Part shown: positions 27,408 through 40,900 of the stretch, one piece after another
Position numbering within the stretch: position 1 is the stretch's first letter
How the letters are laid out: every line of letters starts with the position of its first letter
Source of the DNA: Narcine bancroftii
Lineage: Eukaryota
Assembly: GCF_036971445.1 (NCBI RefSeq)
Contig: NC_091477.1
Location: forward strand, 32,240,001 to 32,304,000
Reading direction: 5' to 3'
DNA length: 64,000 nucleotides
Translations under genes and position numbers: made by a program
The notes under the pieces: generated by a model
Database searches by the model: none
Told to the model about the DNA's origin: nothing
What the model saw: only the letters and a program-made list of their open reading frames with translations

Positions 27408-27686
27408 TGGTTGATATCGCCTCAAACCGTGCATCTTGGCGCCTCACAGTTCGGCGGGCAGCAACCTCCTTTGAAGAAGACCGCAGAGCCCACCTCACTG
27501 ACAAAAGACAAAGGAGGAAAAACCCAACACCCAACCCCAACCAACCAATTTTCCCCTGCAACCGCTGCAACCGTGTCTGCCTGTCCCGCATCGGACTTGT
27601 CAGCCACAAACGAGCCTGCAGCTGACGTGGACATTTACCCCTCCATAAATCTTCGTCTGCGAAGTCAAGCCAAAGAAGAAAGAAGA
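27408..27686 (+). mobile_element. 5'-truncated RTE-clade LINE copy
   Basis: Near-identical to 1910-2273; C-terminal CCHC-like motif and (gaa)n tail. Confidence 0.88.
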
Positions 27687-28489
27687 CTTGTCAAAAAAAA
27701 CATTTTAAACTATATGATATAAATTAAGTTAATATGAATTGAACATTGCCACAGCACCCTTAACTTACAACTTTAATTAACTAAAGTCAGGCAAATTCTG
27801 TTCACAACAGGTCTGATCTGTCCATTTCTTTAATATTTCACTTTTGAGTAGCAGCAATGAATCAAGTCTAGCAGGCAATAGGCTTTCATTATCACCCCAG
27901 GCACTGCCTTTTGAGACAGTCTGCCATTAATCTAATAGCCTTTTAAGAATTGTCACATATTCAGCCATTCGCATGCCAAATTTAAGAACATTTTATGTTA
28001 TAAAATAGATGAATATGACGACAATTTTATTTACAAATATGAACAAATAAATGTGCTTCACAAAGCACGTGAAGAGCTGCACAATCACAGAGGATCCCTG
28101 CCACACAGCTCTTTGTTTTATCTGGTGCTTGTTGATCTATTCATGGTGAGAATTCGTTTTATAATGATATGAGTTGATAAGCTTTGTGAATCTCTTTGAA
28201 TCGTCCATTTACAAATCAGTTCAACTTGTCTGACACTGGCTTGATTTCCATCAGAAAGCAAAAGGTGTAATTAAAGAACTTCAGTTGCGCATATCTCAAA
28301 ATTCTTTTGTCAGATGGAGATTCTTTGTTGGGTTCGAGAGTTCGATATTGGGCAGGCGAGGCGAGGACAGTGTAGTCCTGTTTCCCCCACCGCCCCCCCC
28401 CCCCCACTTCAAGTGGTGCCAGGGCACGTGTCCTACCTGCCATACCCTAGATATGCCTATGTGTGCACCTTGTTTTTTGTTTACCATGG

Positions 28490-28860
28490 GGGATGTCTCT
28501 TCTAATGTGAGTGTATTAACCAGTCATCCAAGATGGAGTATTGAGAAAGGGTGGAGAAAATTAAAGGATCACATTCCAAGTCATGAAAATTTGAACTTAC
28601 ACAAGGAAAACTATATTGCACGGAAAGAAGTGAGTAATGCAGCAATTACCAGTGCTTCAACTTCAATTGACAATTATATTGTTGACCAGCACAAGGCTGA
28701 AAGTTATAACTGGAATAAAAATCTTCATCACATTCTTGATGTCATCCTATTTTTGTCAGAGAGGGTGCTCGCTTTCTGTGGTTTTTCTGAACAAATTGGT
28801 GATAGCCGTAATGGAAAGATTTTGTGTATTGTTGAGCTTCTGAGCAATGGTGCAAGAACA
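28490..28860 (+). mobile_element. hAT transposase remnant (ZMYM1-like/DUF4371 region)
   Basis: ORF 28285-28929: GWRKLKDHIPSHE...H...ILDVILFLSERVLAFCG...NGKILCIVELLS; probable N-terminal part at about 25640-26110. Confidence 0.7.
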
Positions 28861-29499
28861 TTTGAATGGATTAGTAATTTGAAGATCAACAGTGACAAGG
28901 CAAAGTTGCTTGATTTTTTTCTGGTGTAATTGATGAATTTGTCCATAGAAAAGGATGTAAAGCATTTCTGAATGTGAAAAAGTGATGACCATTTCTGATC
29001 TGAAATTCTGAATATGAATGTACTATTGTATTTACCGTTTCTTGTTACAGTACTGTGCTCTATTGTCTTGCATACTTTTTGAATAAAATTGCTTCCCATT
29101 ACCTTTTTTATAAATTATTCTAGTTCTTTTATTCTGTTCTCTTACTTGTAAGTACATCATGTACACCACATGTATATACCTATACATAAATCATACGCTG
29201 GGGTTCAGTGCTGCCAGAACTGACTGGAGCACTGCTCTCCCGGAACATTATGGAGCTGCCCGGGCACCTCGCACCTCCTTGTCGCCGTTTTTGGTGAGCT
29301 TTGGCACCTAAAAATTTAGTGCTGCATCCTTGGTTCCAAAAATACTTAACGAGCAGTTTGAAATTGCCTGCTTTGCATGGGCCTGGAGATATGATCATTG
29401 TCTTGCATTTGTCTGATGAGAATGTTATTTGCCCCTTTTCAGCCTATGTCTGGATATTGTCTAAGTTTTGCAGCAGGCAGTCTGAATTGCTTCATTCTC

Positions 29500-30280
29500 T
29501 GAGGAGCTAGAATACTGTGCAATCATTTCAACTGAAAAATCTAGGTCAACTATCTGCACTTAGAACTTGTGGGCACACTATCTGCAAAACCAAATGAATA
29601 TTAAACTAGACTTAAAGGGCAAGGTACCTATGAGGAGATTGTTAAATGACAAATCCATAGGATGAATGAGCAATTGGGGTTAATTTGAAAGCTTAATGTG
29701 AAACTTTACAAAGCATTCCAAAAGATTGTCCATTGATTTAGGAATATGGTACCACAGAAAGTGTATGCAATTACAAAAACTATAGCCTGTTGATGCAGCA
29801 CATTGTGTGGCAAATACCAGCCGGATGTCCAGGACCGGCATGTTTCTGTGAAGGGGAAAAATAAGAATGGGATGATTCATGAAACTTAGAGGACAATGTC
29901 TATTGTATATTTAGTCAAAAAGGAAAGGGAAACGTATCTAAGTTTTAGGTAGCTGAAATCATACAGGGCTTTTAAGGAATACAAAGAAGGAACTACAAAA
30001 ATTAGGAGAGCAAAAACAGGCCATGAATTATCCTTGGAAAGAGGATGAAGGAAAATGTTATGTATAGTGGGATGCTTATCTTCATCTGTCAAGGCATAAA
30101 AAGTTGGATGTTATTTTGCAGTTGAATGGAATTTTGAGTAATGTGTGCAGTTCTCTGGAGCATTGAAGGTTGAGGAGTGAACTGGTACAGGGGTACAAAA
30201 TAGGACAAACACAGAGAGGAGAGGTGTCAAAGTAGTTCCCCAGGATGTAAGTATCAATATCAGAGGACATGGGTTTAAAA
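29500..30280 (+). mobile_element. Highly decayed CR1 fragments
   Basis: Similar to the CR1 ORF2 segments at 13400-13800 and 19600-19750. Confidence 0.45.
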
Positions 30281-31039
30281 TAGGGGTTTTCAAACTTTTT
30301 CTTTCCACTTGCATACCACCTTAAGTCATCCCTTCCAGAGCAACGATAGCATGAGCACTTTGTGGGCTGAGTTTAGATTGGCACATGACAGGACCAAGGG
30401 GCTGCTTTACTATTCAATATATGTGATTCACCATCAAGTTGCAAAATATGAGATTAAAGTTCCCCAAGTTCCATTGCATGATGAACGACCTCTTGCCACA
30501 GATCAAGTCAGATGGATTGATCACTTCCAGCATTTTCTGATTTAATCACATTCCAACGACAGTTTTTTTTTTAATTAGGAGGGCATCGGAACATTGTGTA
30601 TAATCGTTAGCACGAAAGTCTGCAGATCAAGCAAGTCAAGTCCAAAACGTTGGTAAAAAAAAGGTAATGGGAAGTAAGTTTATTCAAAAAGTGTGTAAGA
30701 CAATAGAGTACAGTACTGTAATAAGTAACATTAATCTTTGCTAAAGGACACAGTTTGACCCGCTTAATTTCTCCAGCTTTGGGTTTTTACTTTTATTCCC
30801 TTTACCAATCAATATTTTGCCTACTTCAGAATCAATTATTTGTGCTGGAATTGTCGTTGTTGGTGTTGGGGTGGAAGGAGGAAACAGTTCAAATATGTTT
30901 GGAAAAGAAAGGTGAAGATTGCTCTGGAACCCAATGTGACACCACAGCCCCTTTCCACACAAGGGAGAGACCGAAGTCGTGGAAACGGCACTGGCGTGAG
31001 GTTGGTTGCTGAAAACAATGAACTCGTCTTCGAGGAATT

Positions 31040-31522
31040 NNNNNNNNNNNNNNNNNNNNNNNNNNNNNNNNNNNNNNNNNNNNNNNNNNNNNNNNNNNNN
31101 NNNNNNNNNNNNNNNNNNNNNNNNNNNNNNNNNNNNNNNNNNNNNNNNNNNNNNNNNNNNNNNNNNNNNNNNNNNNNNNNNNNNNNNNNNNNNNNNNNNN
31201 NNNNNNNNNNNNNNNNNNNNNNNNNNNNNNNNNNNNNNNNNNNNNNNNNNNNNNNNNNNNNNNNNNNNNNNNNNNNNNNNNNNNNNNNNNNNNNNNNNNN
31301 NNNNNNNNNNNNNNNNNNNNNNNNNNNNNNNNNNNNNNNNNNNNNNNNNNNNNNNNNNNNNNNNNNNNNNNNNNNNNNNNNNNNNNNNNNNNNNNNNNNN
31401 NNNNNNNNNNNNNNNNNNNNNNNNNNNNNNNNNNNNNNNNNNNNNNNNNNNNNNNNNNNNNNNNNNNNNNNNNNNNNNNNNNNNNNNNNNNNNNNNNNNN
31501 NNNNNNNNNNNNNNNNNNNNNN
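31040..31522. other. Assembly gap (N run) in the sncb promoter region
   Basis: Run of N. Confidence 0.99.
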
Positions 31523-31620
31523 TCACACGCCTTTCCAAAGAGCAATAAATACGGAAGAGGAGGTCGAGAGCTTTAGACGGAGCAGATACAGACAGGAGTA
31601 CGGGAGCACTGGGCTGACAG
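31523..31620 (+). other. sncb: Probable 5' UTR exon of sncb (5' end hidden by the gap)
   Basis: CAG|gttagt donor at 31620/31621, about 235 nt upstream of the acceptor at 31855; CpG-rich region; synuclein genes have a non-coding exon 1. Confidence 0.45.
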
Positions 31621-31862
31621 GTTAGTTGGTGGGATCATCATCTGTCGGGATGATCGCTCTCTTAGATTAATCTGCAAGCATCCTCCCCGCCCCCCCCCCC
31701 CCCCCAACTCCCTCTTCCTTCTTCGTAGTATTTTAATCAAACAGGTCCAATCCATTATTATCACTGATGTTTGCCTCATTTGTCTGTGGACGCCTATTGG
31801 GGCTGAATCAATCAGATTAGGTTGATGTTTATTCTATATTGCTTCGCTGATCCAGGACCAGA

Positions 31863-31983
31863 ATGAATGTTTTCAATAAAGGATTGTCCAAAGCGAAGGA
31901 AGGAGTGGCTGCTGCGGCTGAGAAGACCATGTGCGGAGTAGCAGAGGCGGCGGAGAAAACTCGAGAGGGGGTGCTTTACGTTG
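31863..31983 (+). CDS. sncb: sncb first coding exon (121 nt coding; exon starts at about 31856)
   Basis: tccag|gaccagaATG; encodes [15 protein letters not shown]...GVLYV; G|gtatgt donor, phase 1, the canonical synuclein size. Confidence 0.95.
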
Positions 31984-34900
31984 GTATGTATCGAATAGCC
32001 ACTGTCATCTTCCAACCAGCCAGCGTGCAATGAATGTCAGGCAGTCGTGAAACATTCCCTTCGACAGTCACTAAGAAGTGACTTCCACAGTTCGGATATA
32101 TTTAATGCGCTACCGCGAATGTTAATGAATATTCTAAAGACCGATGGATGCTAAACAAATACATTGTTTATTCGTTGTCGAGAGAATGTCCAGCGCGGTT
32201 CTCGTTATTTGCTGAGATCTAATTCGGGCTCAGAAATACTATTTCCCCTGAGCTGATGAACTTGACATAGGGGCAGTCTCTTTAAACATGGAAAATAGAT
32301 GCTCCCCTCCAACCCCCAGGATATCGCTTATTCACTATTTGCAACTGTCCTTAAACGTATCAAAAGGAATTGAGACACAAAACAATTAATATTAATGATT
32401 AAACAATCAGTTGCAAAAATGATGGTTTCGATAAAGTACACGAAGAAATAATGAAATTATATTTAATTTGTTTTCAGGGTCCAAAACAAAAGAAGGCGTC
32501 GTTTCAGGTAAATTCACCAGAAAATTTAACTGATAAAGAATAGAGTAATCTAAATGTAACCTTTTGTATTTGGATAAATCAACGTATTGAAAACATTTTT
32601 TATATAATATCGTTTACTTCCAGAACTGTAGATTGGTTTGGTTTCTGTACTGAGTAGATTCTTAACGTTAGTAATCTATCGACATGATTTGGAGTAATAC
32701 CAGTAATCACCTGGTAGCAGGAAAGCATAACGTTTACAATGTACCTGGTGCTGAATAACATGCCCTCTGTTTGCTGAAGTTTAGATGCGCGACTAAATTT
32801 CACTGCTGTGAGGCAAAACATTCCACATAGAGGTGGTCTTCCAGATAAATGTCTTGGTCACTTAGTTTTTGGAACAAGCGAATTTTTTTTTAAATGCTAA
32901 GGTTCACAGTAATTTATATTAATATTTCTTTTAACTAAGTTAAAGACTTGATTTTATAAAATGTACAAAGTAATACCATAACCCTTTAGACTCCGTGTCC
33001 CTGTTTTCAGGGACAATCAGCAAACATATATACTCCATCCCCAGCTTTTCAGGAACGGGCTTTATACCCAACCACCAGCTGGTTCATACTGGAGTTCCTA
33101 CTATACTTTACCCATGGACCCATTCCGGAGTGTATATTTTGAAAGGTTAAAAATATCTGAAGTCCAAAGGGTTAATGAAGATTGTTGAAACAACACCAGA
33201 ATCATTTTCAGGCTGTCACTTGGGGAGGGAGCAGCTTGAATTCGACTAATACCAAGTTTATGAAAGGTCTGTCAATAAGACTGCAGTTCCATCAGCTTGT
33301 ATTCAAATGATTATAGAAGTAAGAGATTTATACAGTATATTCTCAGCATTTTCACTCTCAGTTCTGGATGTATAGGTTGAATTACAGGTCCAATTATATG
33401 GAAGTGTGATGGATGCTTTTGTTGAACTCGTGCTGAAAACACGTGAAAATGAAAAAAATGCAAGTAACAATAATGTTACATTTAGAATGTTTTCAGTACA
33501 CTTTATTATCAAGTTGTAATTTGGGGATGCATGCCAGAATTATAGTTGTCTGGAATTTTATTTCTTCCTCTTGGAGAGAGGGAGAATGCACCAGTGGGTT
33601 AGATTGGTTTCTGCAGCTTTACTGTTGCAGAGTACTGAACATAAAAGTGTAATTGCAAACTAAAATAACTATAAAGGAAAAACATTCATAGATAATGAGG
33701 CAAAAGATTCCAAATTGTCAACCTATTTATTTCATTACTCAACTGAACGTAATGAATAGTGCATGAAACTCTGGGGGTTAAATTGGTTAACACTGAATAA
33801 TGAGACCCTCATGCAACACAGTTCAGATCTCTTTGTTATCTGTTATGTTTTCTGAGATTTCAGATTTACTGTCAGAGTACATACATGACATCACATACAA
33901 CCCTGAGATTCCTTTTCCCTGTGGGCACGACAGAATTGGTAGTGCAAAAAATAAACTGTACACGTGTAAGCATGTAAACAGGGAAAGAACGATAAACAAA
34001 CAAGGAATGGTAAACAGATGATGAATGTTAAAAAAAACCCTGACTGCAATACAGAGAGAACAAAAAGAAAATCAATAAAGTGCACAAGTAAGAGTCCTTA
34101 AATGAGTCTCTGATTGAGTTTGTCATTGAGGAGTCTGATGGTGGAGGGGTATTCAGCTGTTCCTGAATCTGATGGTGTGAATCTTGTGGCACCTAGACCT
34201 CTTTCCTGATGGCAGCAGTGAGAACAGAGTTTGTGCTGGGTGGGGAGGATCTTTGATGACACTGCTGTTCTCCTATGGCAGAGTTTGGATTAGACAAAAC
34301 AAATAATATTGTTGATTGGCTTTGTTTTAACATGGGTTTCAGTTTTGCAATGAACATGCTGGAGATAAAGCGGATTTAAACCAAATGTACCTCTTAAAGG
34401 GGTGATAAATTATGTTGGGAATTATTAGTAGAATTCATTCCAGAGGACTTTACAGTGTATAGCAGAATGTGTTTGGCTAGAATGAGCATTTGGATTTTTA
34501 GGAGGTTTTGGTAGATGTGCAAGAGAGGAGGAGCGATATCCTCCAGCAATAGGGTACTTATTTTCATTCCATGTACATAATAGGATAAGGGAGCTATTGG
34601 TCTTGGGGGTACATGGAATGGAATGATCATACAAGCAGGGTCAAAGTTACTCAGTCAAATGCATATCTTTCCAAACGCACCACAAGTCTTGTTCAATGTT
34701 TGTGCCCTTTCATTTACTATCAACAATCTCAGGCAGGAATGTAAATATAATTTGACACGTCCATCCTCAAATATTCACTTCAAGCATTGTTTGTGAATAT
34801 CATACCTTCACAGACTGTCTGGTACTTTATCATTATCATCCATGTATCACATTCTTTAATATGTTTCCCTCTTTCTTTCAAAGGAAGATATATTTCAATG

Positions 34901-37900
34901 AGCTCAATCCACAAATTGGCAGAAATTGCACCTTTGATATGTTTGGAGGAGGGATTTCAGAACTTCATTAGAGCTGTCAATAAAATGGCTGCAGACCGCA
35001 CTGATGCCATTGCTCAGAATGCTCAAAAGCAGAATTTACTGTCATGAACATGTCACCAAATATGTTGATTTGTGGCAGCATTACAGATGCAAATATTGCT
35101 ATAAATTACATTTTTTTAAAAAATAAATGAGTAAAAGAGAAAGTGAGTAGTGTCTATGGCTCATTATCCATTTAGAAATCCGATGGCAGAGGGCAAGAAG
35201 CTGTTTTTGTGCCACTGGCTGCTCGTCAGGCTCCTGTACCTCACTCCTGATGGTAGCAGTGTGAAGAGGAAATTGTATGGGTGGTGAAGGTCCTTGAGGT
35301 TAGAGGCTGCTTTCTTGTAGAGGTTCTTGATGGAGTAAAGATTGAAGACCATGATGGTGCTGGCCAATTTCACATCTCTCTATCCCCATCCTGGGCATTG
35401 CCACTTCTATACCAGAGAGTAATGCAACCAGTCAGAATGCTCTCCAGTGGTACACTGTAGAAGTTTTTGAGAGTCTTTGGTGACATGGCAAATCTCCTCA
35501 AACTCCTCATGAAGTATAGTCACTGGTGAACATTCTTCATGTTTGCATCTCCATGGATACCCCAGGACAGATCCTCAGAGATGTTGACATCCAGGAATTT
35601 TTAAGTTCTTAGCATTGCTGATCCCTTGATGAGGAGTAGTTTGCGTTCTCCTGATTTCCCTCCCACAAAGTCCACAATCAGCTCCATAGTTTTGCTAATG
35701 TTGAGTACAAGGTTGTTGCTATGACACCACTCAACTCCCTCCTGTATGCTTTTTCATTGGTATCTGTGATTCTGCTGCCGACCCTGGTTTCATCGGCAAA
35801 TTTATAGAAGCCATTTGAATTGTGCCAAGCCACCCAGTCATGGGTATATAGAGAGTAGAACATTGGGCTAGGCACCAATCCTGTGTTGATCATCAGTGAC
35901 GAGGAGACATTGTTTCCAATTTATACTGACCTTCTTCCGATGAGGAAGTCAAGGATCCAGTTGCAGATGGAGATGCAGAGACCCAGGTTTTGTAGCTTGT
36001 TGACCAGTACTGAGAGTATAATGGTGCTGAAAGCTGAGTATTTGATAAAGAGTAGCCTGATGTATGTGTTGCTATTGTTTGGGTAACTACAGCTGAGTAG
36101 AGAACCAATGATATTTCATTTGCTGTAGAGCGACTGTGGCGATAGGCAAATTGCAGGGGTCCAGATCTTTACTTGGGTACAAGTAAATTCTGGCCATGAC
36201 CAGCCTCTCAAAGCATTTTATCACAATAGATGTGAGTGTTACTGGGTGATGATCATTGAGGGAGCTCACTCTGCTCTTCTTGGACACTGGAATGATTGAC
36301 GCCCTTTTGAAGAAGGTGGTAATTTCCAAGTGCAGCAATGAGAGACTGAAAATGTTCATGAACACTCTGTCTTGTTGATTGGCACAGATTTTGAGTACCC
36401 TGCCAGGTATGCCATGAGGGCCTGACATGTTGCGAGGGTTCGCCCTCTTGAAGGGTGTTCTGATATTGGCCTCAGAGATAGATTTCATAGGGACTTTAGC
36501 TTCTGCAGGGATTCTCATTGATACCATTAAATTCTTCTTTTCATAGTGAGCATAAAAGATATTTAGCTCATTGGATAGTGAAGCATGGTGTCCTGCCTCA
36601 CTTTGTAGGATGTGATAGTCTGCAATCGCTGCCATAGCTGGCAAGTGTCTGTCTCCAGCTTCCTTCAGGATTGCCTCTTTGCTGCTGAGATAGCCTTCTA
36701 TAGGTGATACCCGGACTTCCTGTAGAGGTCTTGATCACTGGTCTTAAACAACCTCAGAAGGTTGTGAATCTTTTGATTTATCTGGGGCTTCCATATCTTA
36801 CCTCCAAGTCTTTTTGTGTCATTAACTCCTCTTCCCATTTTACTTTATTAAACCTGCTTTATCGTTAGGAAAGTTTGAGCTCACTTGATTGACCACTTTT
36901 GCGAAATACAACAGGAGATCTACCCTTCCACATGCAAGGCTCTTCATTCAATCAACACTAGTATCATTTGAGGATGCCAGCATTCTGCTTGATTAGTTTG
37001 CAAGTGGAACTGTGGTGTGTGTAAATGGTATATTGTGCTCTGATGCATTCATTTGATTCTGGATGGTGAAAGGATATCCATAGTCACTTTGGCATTGTTG
37101 CTCCAAATTAAGGTTGTAACAAACATGATGATGTTCAAGGTTCCTTTTATTGTCACTTAATAATACATAAAAATGTAATACACATGATATACTTCAACTT
37201 TTGTCTACTGTAAGACTAACAAAGTGTTGCCTTGAGCATTGTCCAGTGCACCTAACAAGAAAGAAAAGCAAAAAAGAGATCCTTCAGTGTCACTGAGTGT
37301 CCGTGGATTTGCTTCCGGCACTCCTACAGCCTCTGCAGCTGCACAAGACTCCTGTTTGTACCATTGGCCACTTGAGCTCCAGGTCCAGATCTATGTTACG
37401 TTGGGAAGCTTCAGTGCCCAAGGCCTTTTGAGAGCCCTTTATGCTCTCAGGACCCACTTGAATTCTGGTTTTAATGCCTGGTTCCCATGAGCCAGCCTCC
37501 AGCAACCTGAAGAGCCTTCGACTGCAAGTTGACAACCAGGTGCAGCCTCTGTGGTTCCTTCAGCCTCTGAGCCCTTCATGGAACAATTAATAAGTGACCT
37601 CTACAGGNNNNNNNNNNNNNNNNNNNNNNNNNNNNNNNNNNNNNNNNNNNNNNNNNNNNNNNNNNNNNNNNNNNNNNNNNNNNNNNNNNNNNNNNNNNNN
37701 NNNNNNNNNNNNNNNNNNNNNNNNNNNNNNNNNNNNNNNNNNNNNNNNNNNNNNNNNNNNNNNNNNNNNNNNNNNNNNNNNNNGACCAGTTGCATACTCC
37801 AGGCATGTGGTTATGAATTATATCTGAATGTTTGTCTTGGCTCTTTCAATAAGTTTATGGTTCTTGTTAAGTAGCATGAACATGCTGCAAGTTCCTTTTT

Positions 37901-40900
37901 GACAAAGCAGAAGGAGTGATTTGTCTTGCATATAAGACATCTATGACCTTCAGTAATACTGTAGGGTGCTACAAACTGTGATATATAACTGACGTTTCTA
38001 GCTCTAGCTTTGAAAGAGCCTGAAGCAAGAAAACAAGTGATAAGTGACCCTTACAATCTCTGAATACAGTCTGCCAGTAGCCCTAAAATCACTACACACC
38101 ATATCTCTACCAGGATCTTTTTATTAAATTGTCTGACCAAACTAATGACTCTTTGTTGAGATGCACCTTGGAGAAATGTTCTTTAAATGTACTTGCTGGG
38201 TAAGGCCTCCTGTTGAGCTGCTCTCTCTTCCCTTTCCCCTTCCGAATGGGTTCCATTTTTTGAAGTCTTTCCTTCTTCTTTCTATTGTTATGCTCCACTG
38301 ATGGAAACAAGATTTGAACATAGGAGTTCTACTTACAATCCTACAGTCTGAAACATTACAATTTATGAAAATTACAATACCTGGAAAAAGATTAAACCAT
38401 ACTTCCCACCATATTGCACTCAGTATTAAAACAGCAACAATGAGTCTGAAAATGATTGACAATCTTTTTCAAAAATACTGGTGAAGGAGTCCTACCTGCC
38501 AACAAACTGAATCTCCACTATAGGTGCTCAATGTGTGGCATCAACTGTATTATTAAGACTGTTCCATATGCTTGCCAATTTGACCAAATAGCTCCTGGTC
38601 AGAATAACTAAGAGGAAAAGAGAATCAAATGTATGCAATTAAAATATTAATTTTAGAAGAAATAAAATCTGATTATAATTTAAATAAGTGACAACAACCA
38701 TGTTAAGTGGAATCTCCAGATATTGGAATCTGGAGCAGAAAAACAATCCACTGGAGGAATTCAGCAGGTCAAGTGGCATCAGTGGGAGATAAAGAATGGG
38801 CATGTTTCATCTTGGAACTCTTCATCAAGGAACATGTTTAGCACCTTTCAGGACTGAGCAACCTTTCTTGAAGAAGTGTCAAATTCTGGTATTCATATTT
38901 GCCACATTGGTCTACTCAAACTACAACTGAACAGAAAAAGATGTTGACCATCTTGTTGAGATATTCTCATCAACTCATGGTGTTTCTGACAAATTTGAAG
39001 GTTGAAACAGTGACCTGCTTCAATGGTCCATGATATTGAATTGATAAAATTCTTCAAATGAAGAGCAGAACAAAAAAAGTCTTGAAATAAAGACCTTATT
39101 CTAAAATTTGCATGAAGGGTATTGGGAGAGTGGGAATATGGTTTTAGGATGGATAATCAACCATGATAGTTTTGAGTGGTGGAGCAGATGCAGAGGGCTA
39201 AAGGGTCTACCCTTGCTCCTGCTTTCTATGCACTCATACTAGTTGGTCTTTAATGGTGAGTCTTTCAATTTCTCAAGCAAAATTAATGTTGCATGGCCAT
39301 GTAAAGATTAGCAGCTCATTTAAACTCTTCACCATTTATCAATAGTTAGATTTTTCTCTATTCCAAACTGAATTTATCTTGAAATTAAATGTTGAACAAT
39401 TGGATAAAAGAGAAGGTCCTTCAAAGATAAACAGTTTGAGCAATTCATTACAAATTAATCAGAAAAAATAGGAACTGAAATAGGAAATGTTCTTTCTGAA
39501 TATATATTTCTGAATATATTTTCATGCTTGCTTTTTAGTGGCTGAGAAGACAAAGGATCAAGCTTCTTTGGTGGGTGGCGCAGTATTCACAGGGGTCTCA
39601 TCTATGGCTCTGAAGACAGTGGGTGGAGGTGGAAACAATGAAGAAGCCACTGGTCTGATGAAAAAGAATGATTTCCCATCTGAAATAAAGGTCAGCTTTC
39701 ATCACCCGCCCTCTGCAGCTGTAATTATAGATCAAAACAATTAATTATATGCTTCACATCTGCTTAAAATAAAATTGAACATCCAGCTTCCAGTGATGAC
39801 TGAGAAAACTGAAAACCTCATATTCATTTTGATGATAATATCCATAATTAGGGTTTGTAATATACTCTTGCTAATAACTTATTGTGGAGAATAAGTAAAA
39901 GTACAATCTCCTAATTCTCAAAAGCGTATTAATAATTCAAAGGATGACTGAGGACATGATGGTGGATATTGTTCATTTGGACTTCAACAAGGTCTTTAGC
40001 AAGATTCTGCATGGGAACTTAAACTGGAAGCTTAAAGGGTTTGGGATCCAAGAAAAACTGACTCACTGGATTAAAAATGGCTTTGGAGAAGGAGACAAAG
40101 GGCAATAAGGTTGCTTTGCTGATTGAAGGCTCTGTGACCAGTGGTATGCCAGAGGAGCCAATACTGGATCCATTGGTTGTTTGTCATCTCTATTAACAAT
40201 TCGGATGGCAATGTAGTTAATTTAATTAATAAATCCACAGATCATACCAAAATTGGTGGTGTAGTGAACAATGAGGAATGATATCTAAATTTATAATGGG
40301 ATAGACATTAGTTGGGAAGCTTGGCCAAGGAGTGGCAAATGGAATGGACTCTGACAAATGGTAAGTCAAATCAGGACTTGCATGGTAAATGGCCTTGGGA
40401 AGTGTTACAGAATGAAGTGCATAGTGCTCTGAAAGTGGTGAATCAGATATATAGGATGGAAGGCATTTGGCAGTCTAGCTTTTATTGGGCAGGACACTGA
40501 GTATAAATGTTTAGACCTCATGGTACAGCAGTACAAGGTATTGGTGAGCTTACTCTTGGAGTACTCTGTGCAGGTCACCTAATTATAGGACAGTTATCAA
40601 TAAGTTGGAAAGGGTGCAGAGGAGATTCACTACAATACAGAAATTTACTGGAGAAACTCAGCAAGTCACACAGGATCTACAGGATATAAAGGTTTTGAGC
40701 CTTGGCCCTTTGTCAAGAATAAGAAGAAAAATGGGCAGATGCTTGAATAAAAGGTGGGGAGATGGAGGAGAAGGAGAGGAGAGGAGGGAGGAAGGGGAAG
40801 GCAGAGGAGTGCAGGCTAACAGTTACGACACAAATAGGTGAACACAGGGGAGAGGTCAGAAGAGAAAAGGCCCAAGTCATAATAGAGGGAGAGGGCAGAG

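Noticed and set aside
28285-28929. ZMYM1-like host gene
   Set aside because: Only a fragment of a hAT transposase, with unrelated N- and C-terminal sequence and no exon structure
30741-31625. Long ORFs of 180-265 aa
   Set aside because: Artefacts of translating through the N gap; the same applies to 37551-37874
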